A stretch of 64,000 nt of DNA from Glycera tridactyla (Eukaryota). Below are positions 1 through 13,418 of this stretch, piece after piece. Position 1 is the first letter of the stretch, and the number at the start of each line of letters is the position of its first letter. Made by a program: the position numbers and the translations under genes. Below the pieces are notes generated by a model that was given only the letters and a program-made list of their open reading frames with translations, was not told the DNA's origin and searched no databases. The stretch covers positions 92,752,001 to 92,816,000 of the forward strand of contig OZ286459.1 in assembly GCA_965644265.1 (NCBI GenBank), given 5' to 3'.

Positions 1-48
1 CTCCAAACTTGTCACCAGTATGGATCTTCACCTTGTAATTCTTCTTAG
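1..48 (-). CDS. R40 exon A (partial, PLAT N-half, G-type)
   Basis: Acceptor tttcag at 49-51; [15 protein letters not shown]; truncated by window edge. Confidence 0.85.
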
Positions 49-3000
49 CTGAAAAAAAAGCAATGATGACGATGATAATGATGATGATGATAATGATCAT
101 AGTAAAATCATATGACAGTAAGATTTCATGGGTACATTAGTTTAAAGGTGGAACCAGAAGAGCTTGCAAGGATGCTCGTGGCCTCGCTGACTGGAAAGAG
201 TTGAATCTGACAGAATATCCTCAACTGAAATCAAATATTTATTCCTGTTAAGGCTTTATTTACAATGATGTTCTGAGGTATGTTTGTCACGCGTGTAGTT
301 ATATCCTGACCTTGTGTTGCGTGTCTGCAGTGTGAACGTAAATAAAAGTTTTTGAATCTGAATTTGAATTTGAATAGTATGGTGTGTTGATAATAGGCAA
401 AACAATGAGTGCGTACATACAATTGTACTGGCGAGAACATTCCAATGTGGACTGTATTACCTATTCGATTCAGTGTGAGTACTTACGTTCTGGTGATGTA
501 GGAGTTTCAGGTTCTTCCACTTTTGAGACATCATGTGGCTTCTTTTCCTTCTTCTCTCTCTTCAAGCTGAATGTTGGCATGGTTGGCATGGTGATAGATA
601 ATCCATGCTTGCCCTCATCATCACTAGAATCTCCATCTTTGTCTTTCTTCTCCTTTGGTGTTTTCTCCTTCTTCGCCTTGTCTTTGGCACCAAATGAGAA
701 CTTGTGTTTGGGCTTCTTGACCTTAGGTGCCTTGACGTCAAGCTCAGCTTCTGGTACCACAATATCTCCCGCCAAAACGACCTCCGGGGGTCCAGAGCAG
801 CTGAGGTCAAGCTCAATTGCCCCGTCATCCTTACTCTTGTCCAACCATCGCTGGCATGGGAATTCATAAAGGTGGCCATTTGGAATGTCTTGGATTGTTA
901 CTTTCTCGAGGTACCAGGCAGGTCCCAGTCCGGTGTCATCATGACCAATGTTTATCCTCTCAACCGGACCCACATGTGGACAGTCAACATCGAAGGAATC
1001 CACTCTGAAAAAGGAGGTTGATTGATCGATCAATGCTTAACGTCTCTACAAGCCAGGCAGGATTGTGTTGGCTTACTAACAAATTGTTTAGAATATACTT
1101 CGACTTTGAAGAAAAGATAAGATCATACAGAAATGACCCAGTAGCAACTCCACTAGAATAACCTGGCTGATGTATTAGGAATTATGGAGTCCTTATATCA
1201 AAAATGCAAATTTCTCATTACATCGCCTGGATCGCTGGACAAAAGGTGAGAAAGATCGGAAAATTTAAACAATTTGCATTTCTCACCTCGAAACCATCTA
1301 AGATTGATGTAGATAGACTTTCTTTGGCGGGCAACAGTGAGAAAAAATACGTATTGTGGTGCAGTCACAGTTTAAATTGCAAAGAACCCCAGCATATACT
1401 CACTTTCCTCTCTCGAAGTTGTTCTTCTTGTTGTCTAGTCTGTGCAGATCGGAGTCACCCTCGGGTCCGAAGAATTTGAAGAAAACATTCGCATCAGTGC
1501 CTGCTCCAAACTTGTCACCCGTGTGCACATTGACTTTGTAATTACCTGTAAAAGGCAGAATAATACATCAATTGTACGACATTGAACATTTCCATATCAG
1601 ACTGAACAAATAAGGTATATTTTTGTCTGGTTCATGATCGTCATCTCGACATAATATGAGCTATAGCTCGGTCTGATTGAGCCAGATGGTTGAAAGCCAG
1701 GTGTTCTGTCCCCTACCGGCTTCACTTGAACAAACCCTGAACATAAGATGATGGGGAATCCGAGAGATCGTTCAGTGGGAGAAACTGACAGTCCAGACAC
1801 ACCTCTAAGTATATTTCATGGACACGGTGAACCTAAAGATGGTATATCTAGATATGTAAGTTGCTGGGAGCTGTCACACCATATTTATGTACCATTTATG
1901 TGCCATTACTGGACTTCCAATGTGAGGTATCATCCTATGGTCTATTTATATAAGTACTTGATGGCATGATGTGTATCTATGATATATCCCTCTTGAATAT
2001 ATTTTCAAGATACCATGAGATTGATCGATTGATTGAGTGATAATTGATGTCTCATTAAGCCAAATGTCATGAGACACTATGGAGAGGTGATGTGTATATC
2101 TACCTGCTGGGGTGGTTGGAGATTCAGGCTCGTCCTCCTCTTTCGATGTATCATGGACCTTCTCCTTCTTCTGTCCCTTCTTCATGTGGAATGATGGCAG
2201 ATTGAAGGAGAACCTATGTTTGCTGTCATCCTCATCTTCACTCTCATCATCCTTCTCTTTCTTGTCCTTCGGCTTCTTGTCCTTCTTGCGCTTCTCGACA
2301 GATATCTTCGGCGCCTTCACATCCGGGGTTTCGACGACAATGTCGGTTCCACCCACCACGAGTTCACCAGATGCATCAATCTCCGGAGGATTTGGACAGG
2401 ACAGGTCGCATTCGACCGCACCATCCTCACGCTCTTTGTCCAACCATTTCTGGCATGGGAATTCGAACAGGTGACCTCGGTTTGTATCTTCGATGCTCAG
2501 TCTGTCGAGAAACCATGCTGGTGTGCTGCCGGAGTTGTCATGCTCGATGTGGACCTTGTAGATGGGACCGACGTCTGGGCACTTTATATGGAAATCATCA
2601 ACCCTAAAACAACAAAGAATTGACTTATTGATAAACAGTAAAACCTGCTATAGTGAAATCCTGTCCACAGTAAAATCCTGCCTACAGTGAAGAGAAAAAT
2701 CTGGCCCGAACGTTTTCTTTCAATATAATTGACCTGTATATAGTGAAATCCTGTCTACAGTGAAAAGAAAAATCTGGCCCGTGACTTTTCACTACAGACA
2801 GGTTATACTGTACTTGTGATATATGATTCACTTTCACTACCTTTCTAAACTGTAGCATAGTTGGTGACCCACATCAGCAGTGCATGATTTATAGAAAGGA
2901 AGAGCCACAAGCAGTAAATTTCTCGATACTGCTGCACACATATTGCATTGGATCTTAATGATGATCTAATTCGATCGCGAAGAGAGTGTATACTCGGATT

Positions 3001-6000
3001 ATTGGCAAGCGATGGGAAAACTGCAAACTTATTTGATTTTCTGAAATATATGTGGTTGATTTGATATCTGCAACCAGTGCATTAACACAATGATGAAAGG
3101 GTAGCACAGGTGCTTCCCATTGGTATCTTCGAAGGAATTTGTACAGGGAAATGTCAAAAAACATGATTTTCCACGGAAGAAATGACAAAATTACTTACTT
3201 TCCTCTCTCGAAGTTATCTTTGATGTTGTCCAACTTCTGCTTAGAGGAATCCCCAAGCAACCCAAAGAATGTCAAGAAGACGTTGGCATCTGTTCCAGCT
3301 CCTTCAACATCACCGGTATGGACCTTGACATGGTAGTCAGTCTCTGTAAAAGAAATATGGATCCCACTCGTGAGTTTAAGAAGCAGCATACTCTGGATAT
3401 ATTTGCATCTATTAAGATAGACATTTATGCTAAATGCTGAAATGGTTGACATTGCTAGAAATGATTGAAGTTTGTTGTCCAGAAAATCGTTATTATATTC
3501 AATTTGCCACTCGATCTGGATTAGGATGGTCCCCTATCGTGAGTTTACAACCCTAATCGCACCAAATGTATAGAAATATCTCAATAGATTGAAAATATGC
3601 CAGGATTATCTTGTAGGTATATCATAATTTTCAAAACTGTATATGATCATCCAAGTGTGTTCGATGTTCCCCATACATATTCACACTACTGGAGCTGCTC
3701 AGTTCACGGTGCCCAGTGGATAGTAGTCATGTACACATGGTCAAGTGTGGAGTAGAGGATGGATAGTTCATAAAGTAAGCATTACCTTTTGGTGTGGTTG
3801 GAGTCTTGACTTTCTTGTCTCCTCCCTTCATGCTGAACGAGGGAAGGTTGAGTGACATGCTGACCTTCTTGCCATCCTCATCATCAGATTCATCATCGTC
3901 TTTCTTCTTCTTCTCTTTGGGCCTCTTCTCCTTCTTCGCCTTGTCTTTCGAGCCAAATGAGAATTTATGTCTGGGTTTCTTCACTTTAGGTGCCTTAACG
4001 TCAATATCAGCATCGGGTATATCAACATCACTAGCAACAACGACTTCTGGTGGGCCACTCAGGTTGAGGTCAAGCTCAATGGCACCATCGTCCTTGTCCT
4101 TGGATAGCCATCGCTGGCATGGGAATGTGTAGAGTTTCGCATTTGGAATGTCCTGAATGGTGACTTTGTCAAGGTACCACGCAGGTCCAGGACCTGAGTT
4201 GTCATGTCCAATGTGCATGCGTTCAACATCACCAACATGTGGACATTTGATGTGGAATGTATCGACCCTGAGAGAGAGAAGAGGACACAAGTGTGACTAC
4301 ATGGCTAGCAGTGTGCCCAATACAATACATGTGTTTTATATAAACATTTATAGGAATATGAGATTGTACTAGAACAGGTCTCGGCTTACTTCTCAACTGG
4401 CATTTGTGATGCAGTTGATTGATTGATTGATTGATTGATCAAATATTTTTTTTTGTGAAATGCCCGGGAGGAAACTTAATTACTCACTGATCAAATGTAT
4501 AACTACCATACTGGTTTGACAAGCGGATATAATTGAAATCTTGAACCTTTACCATACAATTGAGGAATAATTGGGTGGAACTTTCATGTGCACATGCCAT
4601 GAAAAGGCACTCAGGATTAAGATTTTCTTCAAGCGGTAATATCATTATCTCCCTAGCTAAAATAGAGCTCAGCTGTCAACTTTTCGCCAGCCGAGAAACC
4701 AGTGCTGGCAAATGCCTGTGAGCACACATCCAGCACTCGGGGTCCAGCACCAAATATCTCCTGAAATGTTATCATGCTTTCCCATTGTACTTTTACTCAC
4801 TTTCCTGTTTCGAAGTTGTTCTTGATGTTATCGAGTTTATGCTGACCAGATTCACCAAGTGGACCAAAGAATTTCATGAAAACATTGGCGTCAGTTCCAG
4901 CTCCAAATTTGTCACCAGTGTAGACTTTCACCTTGTAGTTGGCATCTGAAATAAAGATTGTACTTTTTGCATGAGGTCACTTTAGAAGTATCGTGGGTGG
5001 TCCAAGATGAATAGCATGCTCCACATATAATATCTACTGACGTGCAAATGCATGCTGTTTGATATACGAGGTCAAATTAAATCAAACGATATTGGGAATA
5101 CAACAGTGAAAGGTATTATGATTTCCGTGTACATTTGGGACCACAAGTTCGACACAACTACTGCTAACACAGATCTACAGCAAGTTTAAGAGCACCTACC
5201 CCAACTCTGAATCCACCCTAATCTTGCCAATCAAGCTCAGAGAGATGTGGGAGTGATATCTCCAGGAACGAACTAGCAACTTCGTGTGGAAAAATACAAA
5301 CACTTGATCAATATAATTGTAATCAATTAAAATTCCATGCAAAAATTACCTGCATCTGGGAGACTGACATCAACTTCTTCCTCATCCTTTGATGTATCAT
5401 GAGTCTTCTCCTTCTTCTGTCCTTTCTTTAGGTGGAACGATGGTAGATTGAACGAGAATCCGTGTCGCTTGCCATCACTCTCATCTTCCGATTCGTCATC
5501 TTTCTCTTTCTTATCCTTTGGTTTCTTCTCTTTCTTTCCTAATTCTATTTTTCCGGAGGGAAGTTTGGGAGCTTTCAGCTCTCCTCCTTCACCGTCCAGG
5601 ACAATATCACCCCCAAGGATAATGTCTGGTAGATCAGAGCAGACTAAGTCACACGAAAGTTCGCCATCGCCCTCATCTTTGGACAGCCACTTCTGACATG
5701 GGAAGTTATATGAATGTCCACTTTGGAGATCTGTTATTATGACTTTGTCGAGGTACCAGTTTGGTCCGGGTCCAGAGTTGTCATGCTCGATGCACAAACG
5801 ATCAGGTGGACCAACACACGGACACTCCAACTCGAACTCATCCACACTGCAAGGTCAAACCAGAAGAGGAAACTGTTAGTACCTGCTTTTCACCGAACCA
5901 ACTAGACAGACATATAAACAGACAGAAAGAAGGTGAGACACACGATGGGTTGCACAGGTGAGTAGGGAAGACGGTNNNNNNNNNNNNNNNNNNNNNNNNN

Positions 6001-9000
6001 NNNNNNNNNNNNNNNNNNNNNNNNNNNNNNNNNNNNNNNNNNNNNNNNNNNNNNNNNNNNNNNNNNNNNNNNNNNNNNNNNNNNNNNNNNNNNNNNNNNN
6101 NNNNNNNNNNNNNNNNNNNNNNNNNNNNNNNNTGATGAATGGTCGAGAGAAAACATGGACGGATGGATGGATGGATGGATGAATGGGTGGTTGGATGAAT
6201 AGGTGTATGAATGGCTGGATGGCTGGATGGATGAGTGGGTGGGTGTATGAATGTATGAATGCATGCATGCATGGCCGACCGATGGAATGCTGCAGATATA
6301 TAGGGTGCGATAGACACACACTGTTTGAAGCCAAACAAATACAATCTGCAGATTATTTGAAACTAAACCGTGTTGGCTAAGGCAAATGGATGATCAAACT
6401 GTCGAAAATGTAAGACAAATGCTATGCGGTGTAAAGCTTGAATACGAACTCAACAGATTAAGAAAGATTATCTTGGAAGACTGTGCACCACAAAACAGTG
6501 CAAATCATTCAGGTAGCCCGATTCACCATTGTCAATAGACTCAATATTGGAAAGCTGTTCTAAGTCATCATGCCAGCGATTTTAGGAAGCTGCTCCAATT
6601 TGAGTCATCATACAAGATAGTGGAACGGACTACAGGCCGGCACAGTCAAGGGCATAGAAAAAGAGCATGACATAAAGGGTATGGAGTGCAGTGAAGTTGA
6701 GGCCAGTCATGAAAATGGCTGCCACAAAGTGAGGTCAGCGTTTGTTGTGTTATATTAAAACTTCGTTTAATATATATCATGAATTGTGTGATCATAATTC
6801 ATGATATATATTACATATTTATTAAACTATCCGATCAGGCCACAGAATCACAATATGATTAAACGGTTAATGAATCATGCCATTTCAAACGACTGAAATA
6901 CTCCAATGAACCTATCATTCCAGTCAGCAATCCTGGCTTCTTCTATATAGACTTGATGTCTAGTAACTGTTACAGAGATCGCAGCCAAATGCTGAGTGAT
7001 ATGGTTTACTTGAATAGAGTGAATAAAGATATGAAAACGTGTTTTACTACTTATTGGAAAGAGTATAAGAAGGTATGGGATAAGCTTCAGATTCGAATAC
7101 TGGGACACCAGTTGCAAAAAGCAAAAATATAACCACTACCACTCCATGGTATGAAGATGAAATCGCCTACCTGTGTGTGAATGAATGCATGCAAAAATCC
7201 TAATCCAGTACTGAATGAGATTAGATTAAAATAAATCTGAAAGAGAGCTGTACAGATTTTGACATGATGGAACCATATCAAAATAGGGGAGGGTTTCAGA
7301 TGGTTAGTACCCTCAAGAGTATATGCGTCAAGTGATTTGTCCAAGTTTGTGTCATTTATATTGGGTATGAAATGTCGCCAACTTACTCTCCAGCTTCGAA
7401 GTTCTTCTTGCCGTTGTCCAGCTTCTGCTTGCCAGAGTCGCCGAACGGTCCGTAGAATTTGGTAAATACATTGGCGTTTGTACCTGCTCCGATTTTATCA
7501 CCAGTATAGACGCTCATCTTATATTTAGTAGCTGCAATAGAGACAATCATCCACCCATCAGTTAGATATCAGTTCTCAAGTTTGGGATGTGTTTATTAGC
7601 CTATATCTATTTATTTATTCACCTATTGGAGCAGCGGTCTAAAATGATACTGGTTCGGTTTGTTCTGGTTTAACGACACGTCAGCTCCATTTGTGCTATA
7701 TTGCGACGCCCATGCAATGGGCATGGGCGGAATCATTCGAGACTCCTGCTCCTGGGTCCCCAACAGAAGGCGAATATCTATGAAATTTACAGACACCCAC
7801 GGTCTCATTTCTAGTAAGGAGCAAGCAGTATCTGTACAATAGCTCAGGGTGAGCTTCTTATTTTCATATAAGCTGTTTTGATTTCATTTACGTGGGTAAC
7901 TGAATGTCAATAGATATATATAGAAAAATATGGAATGGAAATATTTCTTCAATATATCAGAAGAAACAGATGGTAGTATCTAATATGTGGCTATTTCAAT
8001 AATTCGACTATCGCTTATTATCCTCCCACTTATCCTGAATATTCTAATTTGTGATAGCAAACCCTCCAAGGTAGAAAATGGCAGTATATTTCAAGAAGAT
8101 TTTTGACTGATCTACACACTTGAGGAACACCATATAGAAGCAATATCTCCCCAACGAAAAAAAAACAGTACTGATGATTCTTCGATACAGCAAACTCCTC
8201 TCTTAATTTTGAATACCAGAACAGTTTTACTATGTCAAATCTACATGAAACTGTGACACGGAGAGAAGCGATGAGAATTCTGGTTTAAACTAGAGGTGCA
8301 TATAACTTCGATTTCGAAAACTTACAGGGTCTAAGAGCGAAGGAATCATCTTCTTCATCCTTGGAAGTGTCATGTACTTTCTTATCATCCTTCTTCATGC
8401 CCTTCTTGAGATGGAAGGACGGCAAGTTGAAAGAGAAATCATGACGTTTACGATCACCATCATCATCCGATTCTTCATCCTTCTCTTTGGGTTCCTTTTC
8501 CTTCTTGTGCTTGCCGAATGAGAACTTGGGTGCCTTCACGTTGGGTCCCTGTACGACCACCTCGGTCTCTCCGATAACGATCTCACCGCCAACATCCGGT
8601 GGGTGAGGACAGGCGAGGTCAAGAGCGATAGCTCCGTCGTCCTTGTCCTTGGCCAGCCAGCGGTTGACGGGGAACTCGTAGAGATGACCTCGCGGCAGAT
8701 CCTCGATGGTCAGTTTGTCCAGGTACCAGGCAGGTCCAGGACCTGAGTTGTCGTGCTCAATGTGTGCCAACTGGATAGGACCAACGTAGCTTCCGGTCAG
8801 GTCGAACTCATCCACCCTGCAAACACAGGACAAATTGATTGATTGATTGATTGATTATCATTCAACGTCCTATCGACACCGTACAGGACAAAGCATGTAG
8901 CTCATATGCACTGTAATATAGTCAAACCTCTCTATGAAGACCGCCTCCTGTCGCATCAAATAGTGACCTTTATGTGGAGGTGGTCTTTATAGTGAAGTCA

Positions 9001-12000
9001 TTTATTGTTGAAAATAGTACCATGGTCGCAACTCAGGGTGACTTTTATAGAGAGGTGGTATTTAGAGAGGAGATCTTTATACGAGGTTCGACTCTACGTG
9101 CTTGCATGATCGAAGGCACATTGACACCCACACGCACGTACACACATATACACACGCGCGCACAGACATACACAAACACTCATCCATACGACCATCAACA
9201 TCCGTGCATATATTCATAAACCACGGGCCCACAAAACCTTCTTGTTGTGGAAGGTATTTGTGATATCTTACAGACACTGCTTGCAACGTCACAGCGTTTC
9301 ATATAGCAATGGTGCAAATGTGACGTCAGGTGAGCATCAAGGACTAGGTATTTACAGTCGAACCTGCTCTGGAGACCACCTCTCTATAGAGCCCACCTCT
9401 CTATAAAGACCACCCTGAGCTGCGACCGTGGTAGTATTTTCAACAGTAAATGACCCCTCTATAAAAACCATCTGCCTATAAAGACCACTTTTTGATGCGA
9501 CCGAAGGCGGTCTTTATAGAGAGGTTCGACTGTATCTTCATGAAAGAGTCTCTGTCATCGGTGCCTGGATGCGAAATAGTACACCACGCTAGGAGACTGG
9601 ACTGACAGGGCGATAGCTCCAAGTTAGAGATATGTAGCTGCTATGAGTGGCTAATCCAGACAATTTCTACTTACTTTCCTGTCTCGAAGTTATTTTTGGC
9701 GTTGTCCAGCTTGTGTTTGATGGAGTCACCGAGCAGCCCAGTGAACGTCAGGAAGACGTTGGAATCGGTACCCGAGCCCAGCTTGTCACCCGTGTATGTT
9801 TTCACCTTGTACTTGTAGTCTGCAATAAAGACAGCATCAGATGCTAATTTACTGATGGAAACCAGGGCGGAAAAGGGATGTTCTGACAAATAGGTATTCC
9901 AGTTTATTGAAAATAACCGAGATGAAAGAAAAACAACAGGACTTTGTGAGTTGACCTCTGACCTCTATTAGATGAAGGGGTTGAACTCACGTGTCTTATT
10001 GACCCCCCCCCCCACCCCCGCCACTCTCGGCATGTGCGATGGCACGACATCCCCTATGTCTGAAGTATCGCAACAATGCTGAGTCTGGTAAGAGCCGACA
10101 AACTGAGAAAAAATGGTTATTTCTTTTCAGAGATGGCAGAGTAATTGAAACTCTATTGAGAATGATGAAGGCTGTCAGGTGAAGGTAGGTGACAGTTCAG
10201 ACACACCTCTTCACACCTCACATGAACCTGATGCACCTGACGTTGGCATATCTGTAAATATGTAAATGACGAAAAGATTAGCTCACCAGTGGATGGGATT
10301 TCTGGCATCTCGATCTCTGCCGTGCCGGACACATCAGGGGCGTCCTTCCCTCTCTTGGCTCCCTTCTTCAGGTGGAACGATGGCAGATTGAATGAGAAAC
10401 CACCACTGCGTCGTTTGCCCTCATCATCAGACTCGTCCTTCTCCTTCTTCGTCTTGGGCTTCTTCTCCTTCTTCTTCTTGTCGATGGAGATCGATGGAGC
10501 CTTGACTTCGATCTGTTGCTCAAGGGAGATATCGGCGCCACCACCGCTGATGTCCAACTCGGGTAGAGATGGGGCGGTAAGGTCCAGGGCGATGGCTCCG
10601 TCCTCCTTGTCCTTGGCGAGCCATCGGTTCACCGGGAACTCGTAGATGTGTTCGCGTGCGATGTCCTCGATTGTGACCTTGTCAAGGAACCAAGCAGGTC
10701 CTGGACCGGAGTTGTCATGCTCAATGTGCATGCCAGTCAGAGCACCAAGATAGGGACAGTCGATGTCAAACTCGTCAACCCTGGGAGGAATAGAGCAATC
10801 AAGTGATAAGTGTTCAGCTATCAGGAATGGCGATAAACGTAGAAGTAAACCTTCCTAAAAGACAGTGTCATTTTCTGAAAATAGCCGCGAACTAATCAAC
10901 CGTGTGGAGCCTATGGAAAGTGAAAATGGCGATAGAATGAGAAGTAAAACTGAGTAAATTAGAATACAACTGACGAAAAATATCGCAAACACAAAATATC
11001 TCACTTGATGTGCTAAGATAAATTCCAGCACAGTTTATCAAAATTAAGTAACATCTCGGCATCTTCCATTGGGGATCCGGGGGGAGGCCCGAGTGGAGGA
11101 AATTTGAGTGACCCCCACAGAGCTGCAGAACATGGTCGTCTCGATATAGCCCAGAGAATGCTGATGAGATGAAAATCAACACACCGACCAGCAATCAATC
11201 CCCCTGCCCAAAGACGTAGATACTCACTTTCCATTCTCGAAGTTATTCTTCGCGTTGTCCAGTTTATGTCTGGCTGATTCGCCGAGAGGTCCAAAGAAAT
11301 TGATGAAGACATTAGAATCAGTTCCTGAGCCAAATTTGGATCCAGTAAATGTTCGCACCTTGTATTTGTACTCTGCTGAAACAAACAAAATTGAATTATC
11401 TTCGGAAAACCGTCTTCACTTCCTAATATTGTAAGTTACTTATCCTGCCAAACAGCCACCCCAATGTCAGTCAGATCGGTCAGATCAATCCAATCATATA
11501 GTCTGTCAGTCCGTCCGCCAGTCAATGTGGCAGTCTGTCAGTCAATCAATCTGTCAGTCCATCAGTCAGTCAGCCAGCTGGCCAGCTAGCCGGCCAGCCA
11601 TGTGATCAATATTTTTAGTGGAATACAATCTCAACCAAATATATGTCTATCTGCATGCTTTCTCCTCAAATTTGGTGGGAGATATAAAAACAATAGTTAC
11701 CCACCTCAGTCTTATAGATACCAGCATTTATTAGTATTCTGTATATCAACACTGCGAAGTCTTTACTTTTCAAAAGTTCCTTTCATATTGATCTATGTCT
11801 GTAAACCAGAAATACCAACGACAACCGGGAACAAATATTCGACATTCACCGCATTCTCGGCCAAAGAAATATTACCCATATATTGGGTGCTTCTAGGTAG
11901 ATCTTTGATGACGAATTCCTTGTCTCACAACAAATACATAAAGCAAATACATGAAGCAAATTCAATTCAGATGCATAAACATTCAAATGTCGTACCTGGT

Positions 12001-13363
12001 TTTGCACCAGCTTCCAGCCCGATGGCCACCTCTGGTTTCTCAACCTCCGGTGACTTCTTGTCCTTCTTTGCGCCCTTCTTCATTCCAAACGAGGGCAGGT
12101 TGAATGAGAAGCCACTACGCCGTTTGCCCTCATCGTCCGACTCCTCTCCTTTATCCTTCTTCGTCTTTGGTTTCTTCTCTTTCTTCCTCTTCTCAAGCTC
12201 GATCTTAGGTCCTTTGACGTCGATCTGTACGTCACTCTTGATCTCGGGAAGGTCAAACTCGCCATCAACATCGGGTTTGTCAAGGGCGAAGAGTGTACGT
12301 GTGATTTCCTTGTCGTCCTTGTCCTTGGAAAGCCATCGCTGGCATGGGAAGACGTAGGTCAGGCCGGTCTTGATGTCCTTGATAGTGACTTTATCGAGGA
12401 ACCAGGCTGGCCCCGCGCCAGTGTTGTCATGCTCGATGTTCAAACGCTGTACGGCGCCCACGTAGGTCGGGCATTCAAGGTCAAACTCGTCCATCCTGCA
12501 ATCAGAATCAACTTGTTCAGATTTCTCAATAATTTGACCTGGAATATAATACTGGGGAGTCTAACCCCTATCCTGTCACTGTGCTAAAAGTGATTTGATG
12601 ATGAAAACCCGCTACAATTATGGTGAGATCGATTAGGTGGTTTGCCTTATACTGTCCTCAAGTGATGGGGTGATAAATCTGGAAAAAGCATACATCTTTC
12701 CTGAGACAGGTAAATCACATCGCCACACACACACACGTACGCATACGTGCACGCACAAACGCACACATACACAGGCGGGCGAGTAGGCTGACAAGCAAGA
12801 ATACCAACGAGNNNNNNNNNNNNNNNNNNNNNNNNNNNNNNNNNNNNNNNNNNNNNNNNNNNNNNNNNNNNNNNNNNNNNNNNNNNNNNNNNNNNNNNNN
12901 NNNNNNNNNNNNNNNNNNNNNNNNNNNNNNNNNNNNNNNNNNNNNNNNNNNNNNNNNNNNNNNNNNNNNNNNNNNNNNNNNNNNNNNNNNNNCATGCATC
13001 TGATTGAACCCACTCATTCCGACGTAGATGTTGACTTTTGTATCCGTGTACTCACTTTCCAGTCTCGAAGTTGTTCTTCTTATTATCCAACCTGTGGAGA
13101 CCAGACTCGCCAAATTCACCGAAGAACTTGAGGAAGACGTTCGCATCCGTGCCTGACCCGAATTTGTCGCCTGTATACACCTTTGCCTTGTACTTGTGCT
13201 CTGCAACATAACCAAATGAAGAGTGAGCCATGAAATACCAAAACATATTTTCATAATCATTTTCAGTCGAATATTTTCCAGACTAACTGTTGTGAACCAG
13301 TCATGACTTCAGTCTCAAATAAGACCACCTTGACTGAAGGGTCGTTGTCACGTTAAGTCCTAC

Positions 13364-13418
<55 letters not shown>

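Noticed and set aside
470-486. In-frame stops shortly after B-exon donors as alternative C-termini
   Set aside because: Ordinary intron read-through; strong GT donors precede them and there is no polyadenylation evidence.
5838-6380. ORFs through N runs and (TGGA)n; likewise 12633-13260, 38763-39296, 39717-40570
   Set aside because: Artefacts of gaps and simple repeats.
6350-7386. Possible extra exon or transposon coding fragment in the long intron (also 7532-8325, 37370-38308)
   Set aside because: Short ORFs with no recognisable domain; the flanking exons already join in phase.
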